Below, in pieces: positions 11,391-22,700 of a stretch of DNA of 43,129 nt. Below the pieces are notes generated by a model. It saw nothing but the letters and a program-made list of their open reading frames with translations, was not told the DNA's origin and made no database searches. The DNA is taken from NCBI RefSeq assembly GCF_001194135.2, contig NC_068984.1, forward strand, positions 101,600,030 through 101,643,158, written 5' to 3'. The DNA comes from Octopus bimaculoides (Eukaryota). How positions within the stretch are numbered: position 1 is the first letter of the stretch; each line of letters opens with the position of its first letter. Made by a program: the position numbers and the translations under genes.

Positions 11391-11534
11391 ATGGGGTGAG
11401 CGCAAATGCAGGCCCCACACTTAGAAATAGTACACCCGAGTCGCCCACATTTGGGGCAATCATAAAGGTCAACCCAACCAGAGTGCAATGGAACCACCTT
11501 GATGATCATGGTTTCTACTCCTGTGCCAAGTAAT
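11391..11534 (-). pseudogene. U1: U1 snRNA pseudogene (144 nt, about 19-nt deletion in stem-loop II)
   Basis: Minus strand reads ATTACTTGGCACAGGAGTAGAAACCATGATCATCAAGGTGGTT-CCATTGCACTCTGG...GATTGCCCCAAATGTGGG...GTGGGGCCTGCATTTGCGCTCACCCC. It is colinear with U1 (TTACCTGG, ACCATGATCACGAAGGTGGTT, CCATTGCACTCCGG, CCCCAAATGTGGG, CTGCGTTCGCGC). The U1A loop ATTGCAC is intact; the U1-70K loop and Sm site are altered. Confidence 0.92.
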
Positions 11535-11546
11535 AATAATAATAAC

Positions 11547-11597
<51 letters not shown>
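11532..11597. repeat. (AAT)n microsatellite between the exon donor and the U1 pseudogene
   Basis: Direct reading. Confidence 0.98.
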
Positions 11598-11598
<1 letters not shown>

Positions 11599-11609
11599 GA
11601 AACAATTAC

Positions 11610-11889
11610 CTAGTTTATTAATGTAAGATAGAGCCTCTTCCAAAATAACCAGTTCTTCCTTTACATTCATTTCGGCAATGTTATCTTGTTTAGATTTAAC
11701 AGCCTGCCGTAATTTAGTGTATGACCAGTTAGGTGTTTCTGTTTTGTCATTCATTGCCTCTGATTCAATTGTATAAGATTCAGTAATCGGAGAAGTAGTT
11801 TTCCTGGCCATTATATCATCTTGCAGGATTCGACAACCAGTTTCACAGATTTCTAAAGCCATGTTCTTTTCCTTCATTTTGTGTAACAT
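11610..11889 (-). CDS. CFAP54: CFAP54 exon: MLHKMKEKNMALEICETGCRILQ...MNVKEELVILEEALSYINKL
   Basis: Acceptor ttatgtag|, donor CTAG|gtaatt; 280 nt, phase 0 to 1. Resembles human ILRSWREYDLAVMIINYGKKML...INEQLALLETHL. Confidence 0.88.
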
Positions 11890-12633
11890 CTACATAAAGA
11901 ATTATAAAATATTAGTTAAAAACAACCAAAAACCATAAGAAAGAAGAAGCAACACAGTATTGATTACTTAATTTTTAATTAGCATATTGTGGTTTAGTTT
12001 AGGAGTGTGGAGGAAATAGAGAGAAACCTCAGACAACTAGTTACTGGTCTAGTGAGAACAAATTCTACCATAAGTATCAGCTTACTAACGGAAGGATCTA
12101 TAACACTGTGTAACAATTTTTTTTTTGTCTTTGGTCAGTAAGTGTTATTTCCTATTTGCTTCTATTTAGAAATCAAAGAAAATGACTAGTCTTCCCTTCA
12201 AACTTTGCTTTCATGACCTGTTCAGCAATGTTTTGAAACTGATCTATTTTCCATTACATTTCAGACAGATTCAGCACTGAGTTGATGAAGCAGAAATATC
12301 GTTATAGCAAACATTCTGCTCAATATCACAGATTTGCTTGTCAGTTGCTTAACCTTAACCACTTGAGCATGTCCTTTAGTGATTGACAATATATGCATAT
12401 CAGATGATGAACAGGAGTAGTGGGGGAGCATCATAACTGTGTGTTGAGAGGGATTCTTTGGGGTTTGAATAAATGTAACAAAAGCAAAGTTTGAAGGAAA
12501 TATTAGCCATTTTTCATACTCTGTAGGGGTAAGCAAAAAAGAAATAACAGTTGCTACCCAAGGACAAAAATCATGTTACACAGTGTAATCTTTCATACCA
12601 TCACCAGAACTACCTTATGTTAATGTTCTAAAC

Positions 12634-12891
12634 TAGTGTTTCTCAACCCTTTTTTGCTCATGGACTCCCTTTGATTCATATTTTACTCAGATAGACCCTC
12701 ATAGCCATTCAATGTTTAAAAAATCCTATTATATTTTCATAATTAAATATTATTAGAAATTGTATTTAAAAAAATGTTAAAATATTTCATTTATTGTAGA
12801 AGTATAACCTATTTATTGTACATTAAATTGTATAAACAAAATCTTATACGAACACCCTAAAGGTCAAATGGACCCTGTTTGAGAGCCATTA
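12634..12891. mobile_element. hAT (Charlie-like) MITE
   Basis: Termini tagtgtttctcaacc / tttgagagccatta; 8-bp flanks ttctaaac / ctctaaaa fit the NTCTARAN target. Confidence 0.7.
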
Positions 12892-13551
12892 CTCTAAAAA
12901 CAGTTAATTTACAAACTGTTAAGTCAACTTAGCTAGAAATATGTACCATAAGAAAATGAACAAGGAGGTTTCTGATTAAATCCTTCTATGACTGTTACTT
13001 AGAGAGATAAGCCACTACCAGGCAAACTTGGTTTAAATCAACAATATTGAGAGAAATGCTTCAGAGAAGTGTTCTGCATACTAATTACAAACAGAGCAGG
13101 GTCTTCTATATGAAATATAGTGAGTATAAACATGTCAATTGTATGAGATTTAGTTTGGCTAGATAAGCAGAATAAGTCTGATAAAACCAAAACATCTGAC
13201 TTAAAAACCAACTTCATTGCAGTTATTGTATTTTTCATATTTTCCAAAAATTTCAATGGCATGTGAGAACTATCTGCTTTGTTTGTTGCTTTTATACTTT
13301 GAATAATCGTAGAGGGACTGTTTATCAACTAATTGCATGGATAATCTTGGTTAAATAGAGTTTTTTCAATTCATTATATTACATACTGTAACTTGATCTC
13401 GACGCCTTATATCCTTATATGAAACTGACCCAATAAGTTATGTGACTAATTTTGCATCTTTATTTATGACTGGGAGTTTGAAGTAATCTGGAGGTGTTTT
13501 TTTTTTTATTTTCTAAATTGCAAGATGATAAATTAAACAAATAAAACATAC

Positions 13552-13674
13552 CTTACTAAGATGATAGACAATACAAGTGACCATATGATGCATGCTGTCT
13601 ACAATAGCAGTTGTTCTTTTCTGACGGATATTACTAGGTAATTCTTGTAAAACTCCATAACAAAACAGAAGTAT
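13552..13674 (-). CDS. CFAP54: CFAP54 exon: ILLFCYGVLQELPSNIRQKRTTAIVDSMHHMVTCIVYHLSK
   Basis: Acceptor catttag|, donor AAG|gtatgt; 123 nt. Matches human ILIKCIVVLQGLPS...ESIQHMIACCIFYITK. Confidence 0.93.
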
Positions 13675-13908
13675 CTAAATGATTAATTTATTAATCAATA
13701 ATTATTCGATAAGGGAATCAACAATAAAAGCATCAGTACTGATGACTTTGATGATGACAATGATGATGACGATGATGAGATGATGATAATGATGGTAGTG
13801 ATGATGATGATGATCAGTGTTTTTTCTTAATTGTGCATGATAACTGATCTAAATATTTTGCTCAAAATTTCTATCATTTTAAAACAGATATTCCATATAT
13901 GGTTATAA

Positions 13909-13939
<31 letters not shown>

Positions 13940-14343
13940 AGTAAACAAATATCACACAACATTAAAAAGACTAAAATGTTTCAATAATTTTGATTATCAT
14001 CTCAGGGATCGGCCATATTTTTGAGAACTACATTTCATATAAGTTTTGTTAATAAGTAATGTAATTCAGTATTTATTCAATGTTTGTGATATCAGCAGGG
14101 TGAGAAAGATGTCAATTTTTTGGACCTTGAAGATGTAAAAAGTAGTGATAACACTGGTATGATTTAAATTCAGGGTCATATGCAGTAACTACCTGGCTTC
14201 CAGTTGGTTGTAGGGATTAATGCAATTGTTTGTAAGTAAATAATATCACAATTTTTCCATTAGGGTAAAATTTATAATTGATAAGAGTAAAGGGATAACT
14301 TCAAGATACATAATCAAAATATCCACTGGTAAATAATATCAAT

Positions 14344-14606
14344 NNNNNNNNNNNNNNNNNNNNNNNNNNNNNNNNNNNNNNNNNNNNNNNNNNNNNNNNN
14401 NNNNNNNNNNNNNNNNNNNNNNNNNNNNNNNNNNNNNNNNNNNNNNNNNNNNNNNNNNNNNNNNNNNNNNNNNNNNNNNNNNNNNNNNNNNNNNNNNNNN
14501 NNNNNNNNNNNNNNNNNNNNNNNNNNNNNNNNNNNNNNNNNNNNNNNNNNNNNNNNNNNNNNNNNNNNNNNNNNNNNNNNNNNNNNNNNNNNNNNNNNNN
14601 NNNNNN
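14344..14606. other. Assembly gap (263 N) flanked by an identical 237-bp duplication
   Basis: 14107-14343 is identical to 14607-14843. Confidence 1.
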
Positions 14607-15007
14607 AGATGTCAATTTTTTGGACCTTGAAGATGTAAAAAGTAGTGATAACACTGGTATGATTTAAATTCAGGGTCATATGCAGTAACTACCTGGCTTC
14701 CAGTTGGTTGTAGGGATTAATGCAATTGTTTGTAAGTAAATAATATCACAATTTTTCCATTAGGGTAAAATTTATAATTGATAAGAGTAAAGGGATAACT
14801 TCAAGATACATAATCAAAATATCCACTGGTAAATAATATCAATGGACAGAATGCATATTTGAAAGATATAACACATAGAAGAAAAATTTAGATATAAAGA
14901 TTAAATCCATTTCATTTTCTCTTTTAATTTTTTTCTTCTTCACTCCCTTTGTCTTTTTCATTTTGTTATTATATGTGCCAAATACTCAAAAATCAATCCA
15001 GGATTAA

Positions 15008-15229
15008 CCCTTTTGTTATCATATTTCTGTTGAGATGTACTGTGTTTCTTTCAATTAATTTTGAATATAATAAAGAATTTAGTAAAATAACTTAGTGATC
15101 ATTAAGCTAGTGTTAGGAACATAAATTGTGACTAAGGTTTGGCAGAAGATTTTAATTCAGAACTTTTGAAAGCGAGACATTTGTACTACAGAGCCAGAGG
15201 CAGTTTTCGGCAGGTTGATATCAAAAGGG
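15008..15229. mobile_element. piggyBac-like MITE
   Basis: TTAA-CCCTTTTG...CAAAAGGG-TTAA; a diverged inverted copy lies at about 765-997. Confidence 0.8.
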
Positions 15230-15604
15230 TTAAAGAGTCCTTGAATGGTCAACAGTTGAAGAGTTTTGCTGAGCTCTATTTTAAAAATTACATTGATAAT
15301 AGTAATAGTTTGTAAAGAGAAAGAAAACAATAAGTTTTGATATTTATGTACTTTCCACCAAGGCTTTTAGTAATGTGAGTTATCTTTTTATATAAATAAT
15401 TTGTTTCTTTGTTTAAAAAAAGCTATAAAATCTATAAAAAGAAAATCATTACTGAGACAAACCAGAAGAGCAAGATACTAAATTTATCTCATTATACCTA
15501 GACTATTTTAGCTCAGAAATAAAGTTCAAAGTTATGAAACTATCAATACTGGTTGTTTCCAACACCACAAGTTGAGAAGAATTATTACTAATCTAGTTAC
15601 TGTA

Positions 15605-15821
15605 ATTATTGGTTTCATATTTTGACACAAGTCCAGTAATTTCAAGGATGAAGTAATTCCATTACATTGACTACAGAGCTCAACTGGTACTTATTTTATC
15701 AACCCTGAAAGGATGTAAGGCAAAGTTGACCTTGGCAGAATTTGAACTCAGAACATAAAGATGGACAAAATGCCTCTAAGAATTTTGCCCGGTGTGCTAA
15801 TGATTCTGTTAGCTCATCACC
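15605..15821 (-). mobile_element. SINE family B
   Basis: ctcaactggtacttattttatcaaccctgaaaggatgtaaggcaaagttgaccttggcagaatttgaactcagaac. Confidence 0.8.
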
Positions 15822-16628
15822 CAAATATGTCAACATTAATGGTTTTTGCTCAACCTCCATAGTAAGAAAGTTATTTATTCTGCTGTTAACACTCACCAAA
15901 TGAGGGTGCTTTGAGGAAACTGAGTATACTGAATTGAGCAGAACACACTTGATAGTTATGTTGACTTCAGTGTGGCATGGAAATTAAACTATTTCCAAGC
16001 AAAGAAATAAGAGTGATAACCCCTGGCACAAAGGCATTTGGTGGACAGTCAGCATCTCCAAGTCTGAAAGTAACTTATTTTCAGTATGTTGCCCAGGAAT
16101 GATATTGGATAAACCACAGTCCATTCTCTTGAATAACATAAACAAGCTGCAACCACAAACATACAAAGCAACCATGAAAAGAAATTTGGCAAGCAAGAAC
16201 TTGATGAAAATATCATCTCTTTGATGTTATCAGGTCCTTCCTTTGGATGAGGGAATGTTAGCAGGATAAGCAGAATTTCGTTCATCAAGTTGCATTCCAT
16301 TCTCCAGGTTGCAAAATGTTAGAACAAGAAAGTGACAAAGTTACTAGGCAATGCAAACTTAGTGCATTGAGGTATAAGGGAAAGTTGGGAGTATAAGGGA
16401 ATATTGCAGCCATGCAATATTCCAGACTTGATAAAGAAAAACCGATTTTAGCCCTTCCAATATGGCATGCAAGAGTTCTACAATGATGGCAGGTGGGAGA
16501 AGATCTTAAAACTATTGGGCAGTCACAAATAGCATTTTGGCAATAAATAGATTAGAGAAAAATATAATAAAAAATCCCTACTTGATAGGATTCTATCAAG
16601 ACCAACGTTTTGGTGTGCCTTGAAAAAG

Positions 16629-16930
16629 GTTTGGCTCAATGGTTAAGTAAATTGGCTTACAGTTATAAGGTCATGAGTTCAATTCCCAGCAGCATGTTGT
16701 GTTCTTGAGCAAGATACTTTATATCATATTTCTCCAGTTCACTTAGCTGGCAAAAATGAATTGCACTTGTAATTCTAAGGGCCAGCCATGTCACATTCTG
16801 TGTCGTGCTGAATTTCCCAGAGAACTACATAAAGGGTGCACTTGTTTGTGAAGTGCTGAGCCCCTTGCTTGTTAATTTCAAAAGCAGACTGTGTCATTGA
16901 TCAGATCAACTGAAACACTCATCATTGCGT
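16629..16930 (+). mobile_element. Degenerate SINE family D copy
   Basis: tggctcaatggttaag...gagttcaattccca head; gggccagccatgtcacattctgtg...gagaactac body shared with 8403-8767. Confidence 0.65.
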
Positions 16931-17184
16931 TATCCTTGTTGAGGATGAGACTATAATGTGATGTTAGAAAAGTTAAGCTGTTCTATCTTTTATACTAGGC
17001 TTACCAAAAATTTAGTATTAGTTAGCTTGACTCATGTTAAGTCAACATGACTTATGATAAGTCATAACAAACAGATGTTATTTTTGTAAATGTTGTTGTC
17101 ATTATCAATCAACATTCCGGTCTTTGGTGACTGTTCAAATTTAATGGAGAACAACTACCTGAGAGGTTTTAACTTCAAGAAAAC

Positions 17185-17406
17185 TTACAAGTGGGTGCTG
17201 AAAAGTTCCTGGCTTTGGGTAAAACAGAATACAGGAGGGTCAGTTAATTATGACTTTATTCAATATATTCCCTTCTCAGATTCAAACACTTATTGCAGTG
17301 GTCCTCCAGTTTTTCTAAGCCTTGTAAAAGAACTCGGAAGATTGGGCTGTCAATCAGACCTTTCGCAATACCCTTAAAGCCAGGAACTTTTCAGTACCCC
17401 CTCATA
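17185..17406. mobile_element. Mariner-type MITE
   Basis: TIRs gggtgctgaaaagttcctggcttt / aaagccaggaacttttcagtaccc with TA flanks. Confidence 0.85.
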
Positions 17407-17534
17407 TATTGCTAAACTTGTAAAAGAATAAATATAAAGTTTACAGTGAACTTTTGTAGGTGTTAAATCATAGCATTTTCCTGTATATGAATGAATTTTA
17501 AAATAAAATATAAATGAAATAATATACATTTTAC

Positions 17535-17690
17535 CTGAATGACAGGCGGGAAAATCCACGAATGATACAGGAATGGTACTAACAAGCCATATATCTGAAC
17601 AAGAGCTTGAACACATAGATTGACATCATTCAGAAAAGATGCTAGGTCAATTGCAAGCAACAACTTTTTGCATTCAACTAAGCGCTTTTT
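17535..17690 (-). CDS. CFAP54: CFAP54 exon: KKRLVECKKLLLAIDLASFLNDVNLCVQALVQIYGLLVPFLYHSWIFPPVIQ
   Basis: Acceptor tttttcag|, donor CAG|gtaaaa; 156 nt. Strong match to human RLIECERVLVALELSNFLNDSSYALQAVTQCYGLLAPIIYH...PVVQ. Confidence 0.95.
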
Positions 17691-18461
17691 CTGAAAAAGA
17701 CAAAATAAAAAGAAACAAAAAAGAAACAATAAAAATATCGATATAACTGAATGGATATCAGTATAAGTTGTTGGGTTCCTATGCTAAAATTAGCCATTAC
17801 ATAAAACCCTTGTACTGTCATGTGGTTGATTTCACTTCACAATCACAGATTGTGGGTTCAATCCCATTGAAAGGTACATTGAAAAATTGTTTTCCAGCCA
17901 AATCTGAAGTTGACCAATATCTTGTGAGTGTATATCATCAGCATCATATTGAATCAGGAAAATAATTTGTTGAGGGATATTTCCTACAGCTGGATTCTTT
18001 TCCTGTTCCAGCCCTCACTTGTTTCCAAGTAAAGTAATATTTCCCTGATATATATTTTTACAGAAGAATGGAAATGCAGGACACATTGTAATAGGTTTTG
18101 GTAAAAATAGATCCTTTTGTTATAGTAGCTGTCAGTTGTCTATGAAATTAACTTTGAATAAGCCTTTTGCTGTATTTCAGTGTCCTAATAGGTATTCTTT
18201 GACAGAAATGTGTTCACAAATCTTATTTTCACATACGACAACTAGTTGTTGTTTTGTCCTAAGTCAGCACTGATCACATAGATTTATGATTAAATACTTT
18301 CCAGTGATGATCATAGGACATTCTAGAACTACTTTATTTAAAATGCCTTTGCTTTATTAAGACAGCTCTGTGCAATACAAAGACTGAAAAATTTCCTAAT
18401 CCATCCCCATAGTTACGAAAAGAAAGAGAACAATTCTGTTGTCGCTTGTCAAAATAACTGG

Positions 18462-18512
18462 GAATTAATGCATGGCCTGAATTAATGCATGGCCTGAATT
18501 AATGTGTGGTCC
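18462..18512. repeat. 17-bp tandem repeat x3
   Basis: gaattaatgcatggcct x2 plus gaattaatgtgtggtcc. Confidence 0.9.
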
Positions 18513-18555
18513 ATTAGACGTGGTTCATAAATTAAAAAAATACTGGTACACTGTT

Positions 18556-18847
18556 GGTTACAACGACAAGTGTTCCAGTTGATCTGATCAATGGAACAAT
18601 CTGCTCATGAAATTAATTTGCAAGTGGTTGAGCATTCGACAGACACATGTACCCTTAAAGTAGTTCTCAAGGAGCTTTAGCAGGACACAGAATGTGACGA
18701 GGCCCTTTAAAAGACAGGTACTACTTATTTTTGCCAGCTAGGTGGATTGGAGCAACATGAAATAGAGTGTCCTGATCGAGGACACAATGTGCCACCAGAA
18801 ATCAAACTCACAACCTTATAATCATGAGCCAAATACCCTAACCACTG
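18556..18847 (-). mobile_element. Degenerate SINE family D copy
   Basis: Shares gttccagttgatctgatcaatggaac...gacacatgtaccctt...gtagttctc with 37631-38010. Confidence 0.7.
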
Positions 18848-18932
18848 TCACTGGTTCATAAATAATATTAGTTTAAATTAGTAGTTGATGATAATGCTTA
18901 CAAATAAAAGAAACTATTTGTAGCAAACATAT

Positions 18933-19825
18933 TATGTCTGATCAATAAGTATCCGGACTGTTGCCATAGTAACGAGGCTAAAGCATGAAAAGCAAAGCTG
19001 CTTGGCACAGATTGATTTTGAACTCTGCTGTGCATGCACACGAAGTTTTAACGTTCTAGATCATTTCCGCTGTTTACAGCACTGCTTGGAAGGAAGGTGT
19101 GTAGTGGGTGATTGTCATATTGACCATGGCAGAGAAAGTCGTCATGGCGATACCTATTCAGAGGCCTATGCAAAGTTGCAGAAAGCGTATGGAGAGTAGT
19201 GTATGAGCCGCACACAAGTGTACGAGTGGTTCAAATGTTTCCAAAATGGCCGAAAAATGTCAATATTGACAAACATTCTGGGTGACCCACAACCAGCAGA
19301 ACTGAGAAAAACATCACAGATGTACATGCAGCTGAGACGGGAAATCATTGAATCACCATCCATGACTTATCAGAGGGTGTGCAGATTAGTTACAGTTTAG
19401 TTTAGTTCATTATCATTGAAGATTTGGGTATGAGACATGCGTCTGCGAAGTTTGTGCCAAAACTGCTTTCATCTGACCAAAAAGATACTTGAGTTTCAGT
19501 TGCAGAAGATCTCCTTAATTGTGTGAAGAACAATGAAAACTTTTTGAAAACTTTGCATAGGCCTCTGAGCAGGTATGGCCAAACTTTAGGCAAAATTTGT
19601 TGCAGATTCTCTGCTCAAATTTATCTATCATGATCAATGTGATGAGCACACACTACACACCTTCCTTCCAGGCACTGCTGTAAACAGTGGAAGTAAGCTA
19701 GACCATTGAAACTTAGTGCACATGCACAGCAGAGTTCAAGGTCAATCTGTGTCAAGCAACTTCATTCTCTGTGCTTTAGCTTCGTTACTATAGCAACAAT
19801 CCAGACACTTATTGATGACCATGTA
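18933..19825 (+). mobile_element. Non-autonomous mariner derivative with about 250-bp inverted arms
   Basis: Termini tcaataagtatccggactgttgccatagtaacgaggctaaagca and its reverse complement; internal transposase N-terminus EAYAKLQKAYGE*CMSRTQVYEWFKCF and SAKFVPKLLSSDQK. Confidence 0.9.
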
Positions 19826-19859
19826 AATCATCAAACAAGTGAAGTGTAATGCAGTTCAT

Positions 19860-20185
19860 CCTCATCCTCATCATCTGCCAATTAGCATCTGTTTTTCATG
19901 CTGGTATGGATAAGATGGTTTGACTAGAACTGGTAAGCCAGTGAGCTGCATCAGGCTCCAGTCTATTTTGGCCTGGTTTCTACAGTGGATGCCCTTCCTA
20001 ATGCCAACCACTCCATAGAGTGTACTGGTTGTCTTTTACTTGTCACTGGCAAAAGTGTTCTTCGCATGTCACTAGAACAGGTGCCTTTTATGTGTCACCA
20101 GCACAGGTGTCACTCGTGTCTCTGCATGAGTGCCTTTCACACATCACCAGCATTGGCCATGACTACAATTTCACTTAACTTGATA
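19860..20185 (-). mobile_element. RTE 3'-end repeat
   Basis: catgctgg...ggatgcccttcctaatgccaacc. Further copies lie at about 2700-2872, 3519-3800, 4350-4600, 5395-5560, 23640-23841 and 27570-27910. Confidence 0.8.
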
Positions 20186-20239
20186 TGTTTTCTCAAGCAA
20201 AACATATCATATGAATATATAAATAAACCAGTCACTCAC

Positions 20240-20387
20240 CTGTTTTATTTGAAATGGACCATCATCACAAAGTTTATCACAGAACAACTTTCCTGTACGA
20301 ATGCTTATGTCTACAGATGTCATAATACATGTGTAAAACTGCATCAATAATATTGGAGAGGCTGTAAGCTTTACAGTCTTATTTATT
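20240..20387 (-). CDS. CFAP54: CFAP54 exon: INKTVKLTASPILLMQFYTCIMTSVDISIRTGKLFCDKLCDDGPFQIKQ
   Basis: Acceptor attacag|, donor CAG|gtgagt; 148 nt, phase 2 to 0. Resembles human SSILLYLFLRNIFVTSDIKIKEENLFCD. Confidence 0.92.
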
Positions 20388-20699
20388 CTGTAATAGAATT
20401 AATAGTCAACTTTTATTTAGAAAGATAACAAACTATGCAATCATTTTTTTTATGTCTTAAGGTATTTTATGAAGAATTAAGTTTAAAATAATTTAATGAG
20501 CTTCCATGCTGGCATGGGTTGGACATGTCAACAGGGATCTGATGTATGCACCAAAGGCTAAACGTCCTTCCTAAGACCAGCCTCTTTACAAAGTTTACTA
20601 GTTATAGCATGGGTTGTGTATCCTGAATTTTTTTTTTTTTTTGTAGCAGAAATGTAGCCACTCACAAAGACCCTGGCAAAAAGGATTGACAGCCTTAAC

Positions 20700-21065
20700 A
20701 GCAGAGCCCTGGGGACCATCGATAACATCAGATGGTACCAACATGTCTCAAACAAAGAGCTGCATATGTGCATGTATCAGCCCACAGCTTCCTGTCTCAT
20801 AGCCATCTTCCACATGCACTGGCACGGGTATATCCTCCACCTCCCACCAGATCATCCTACCAGGGTCTTATTCTTGTTTGACACAGCAGCTGCAGGCTGG
20901 AAGAGGCCCCAAGGCAGGTGCCACACCAGATGGCTGGACATGATTAAGGAAGATCTCCAGAGGCACAACATCACCTTGGAGGATGCAGAGGGGTTGGCAC
21001 AGGACCAACAGTGATGGAGGGCACTGGTGGACCTCGTTAGCTCTATGCACAATGATACTTCTGAG
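20700..21065 (+). mobile_element. 3' end of a different RTE-clade LINE
   Basis: WHGYILHLPPDHPTRVLF...GWKRPQGRCHTRWLDMIKEDL...AQDQQ*WRALV. Confidence 0.8.
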
Positions 21066-21690
21066 ACTGCTAGCCAGGGAAGACTCCAGCTCTATCATGC
21101 AAGAGCAGACAGAAAGAGAGAGAGAGAGAGAGACCAACAATAGTGAATATCACCACATAACTTGCAAGATTAAGTGCCTAAAGTGGCCCTAGTAACTAAG
21201 AGAGAAAAGCAAAGGAAGCAAGGGATGGGTTTAAGTAGGGATGAGTGAAGGAGAGTGAGTAAGATGAAAAGAAAAGATTTATAATTGAGGAGAATGGATT
21301 CAGAGAGTAATAGAGGAACAGAGTAATACAGCAGTCGTTAATTGAAAGGGGAAGTTGACTGGGATCAGGGGAAAGAGATTAGTGGCAAGGGTTATTGAGA
21401 AAGAATGGGGATAGATTGCAAAAGTGATAGGGTGGTTTGTGTATCCTACTTTGCAAGGGTGAGTGTGACAAAAAAGAGGCAGGGAGGAGCAACAAAGGTG
21501 GAGGGGAATCCTGAGAAAAATTCTTGAAAAGAGGGGTGTGAGAGTCATTGGAGTAGGCCAAAAGGGGAAAGATGAGAAGGGATATTGGAGGAGGCAAATG
21601 TAAGGGGAGACCAGTGAGGTAAAATGAGACAGAGAGGAAAAGCAGTTAGGAAAACGGAAGATGTTCTTTTACAAATAGAGAATTCTATTG

Positions 21691-21759
21691 AGAGAACATT
21701 TTTCATAGAACAATAACACATTTAGAGAACATTTTTCATAGAACAATAACACATTTAGA
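21691..21759. repeat. 33-bp tandem duplication
   Basis: agagaacatttttcatagaacaataacacattt x2. Confidence 0.95.
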
Positions 21760-21774
21760 AAAGGAGTGGGTAGA

Positions 21775-22700
21775 AATTCCATACAGTGTACTCAATGCGA
21801 ACTATAGACACATTAGAAGTGCAGTGGAATCAGATAAGAGTTTGTGGCAGATGAACAGGAGCAATAAACATTATGAGCACATGAGAAATAAGACTTTTCA
21901 AATGCTCAGGAGGTAAAAGATGACTTCTGTTATGTTGGTGTCCTAATTAACAGTGGAGGAGGACATTCTGAAAGTATAGTTGCTACAATAAAAATAGGAT
22001 GGAGAAAGTTCAGAGAGCTTCTACCTTTGTTGGTAACAAAATTAAACAATAGGGTAAAAAATTGGATATCAATTAATATCAATTTAATACCAGGTAACTA
22101 GCACATTAAAAGAATCAGGGAGATTCAGAAAAAATATCCGAGATCTCAAGGATTATTGCATTGCAGATAATTGTATTTTTTTTGTGTAATTTTCACTGGT
22201 CTTGCTCGCTTTACGTTTTTGTTGCTTCGCTGAATTCCCTTTGAGAATTATTCGGTCTTAGTAGACACATGACATGTGATCTTCTTCTAGCACATTACCA
22301 GTCCACCTAGTGGCCTCCATTATATATATACTCTGTTGGTAACAAAAGGTAGATAGAGTGTATGATGCTTGCACACAAACAGTAATGCTATAGGGTTGTG
22401 AAACATGAGCCATGAATACAGAGGACATGGAAAACAAACTAGAAAGAAAGGTGGCAAGCATGTTTCTTTGGATGTGTAACATTAGTATGATGAATGACAA
22501 AATACAAACGTGTTGAAAAAATTGGGCTTCAAAAGAATCAGATGTTGTGTGCAAGGGAGAAGACTGTATTGGTAATCATGTGAGGCATATAGATGAGGAC
22601 AGAGAAGTACTGTTCACATAATGTAAATGGAGCTTAAGCAAAAGGGAAACTCAGGAAGACATGGAACAAAGTAGGGAAGGTTGATATCAAAACTTGGAAC
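21775..22700 (+). mobile_element. Degenerate RTE LINE fragment interrupted by a 292-bp insertion
   Basis: agaaattccatacagtgtac...ggatggagaaagttcagagagcttctacc and tatgatgcttgcacacaaacagtaatgc match the minus-strand RTE copies. Confidence 0.75.

Noticed and set aside
11225-11605. Cys-rich ORF (DCPKCGRLGCTISKCGACIC) resembling a zinc finger
   Set aside because: It is the chance translation of the U1 pseudogene plus microsatellites.
13038-13328. 96-aa minus-strand ORF containing EDPALF, considered as a CFAP54 exon
   Set aside because: The flanking exons 13552 and 11889 already join in phase 0 and are colinear with the human protein; frames from its best acceptor hit stops.
14107-14843. Identical 237-bp direct repeat
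   Set aside because: It directly flanks an N gap; this is typical of unmerged overlapping contig ends.
15890-16300. Strong GTGAGT donor at 15896 and ORFs faintly like a LINE RT
   Set aside because: No in-frame acceptor, no CFAP54 sequence is missing here, and the RT motifs are too weak to support.
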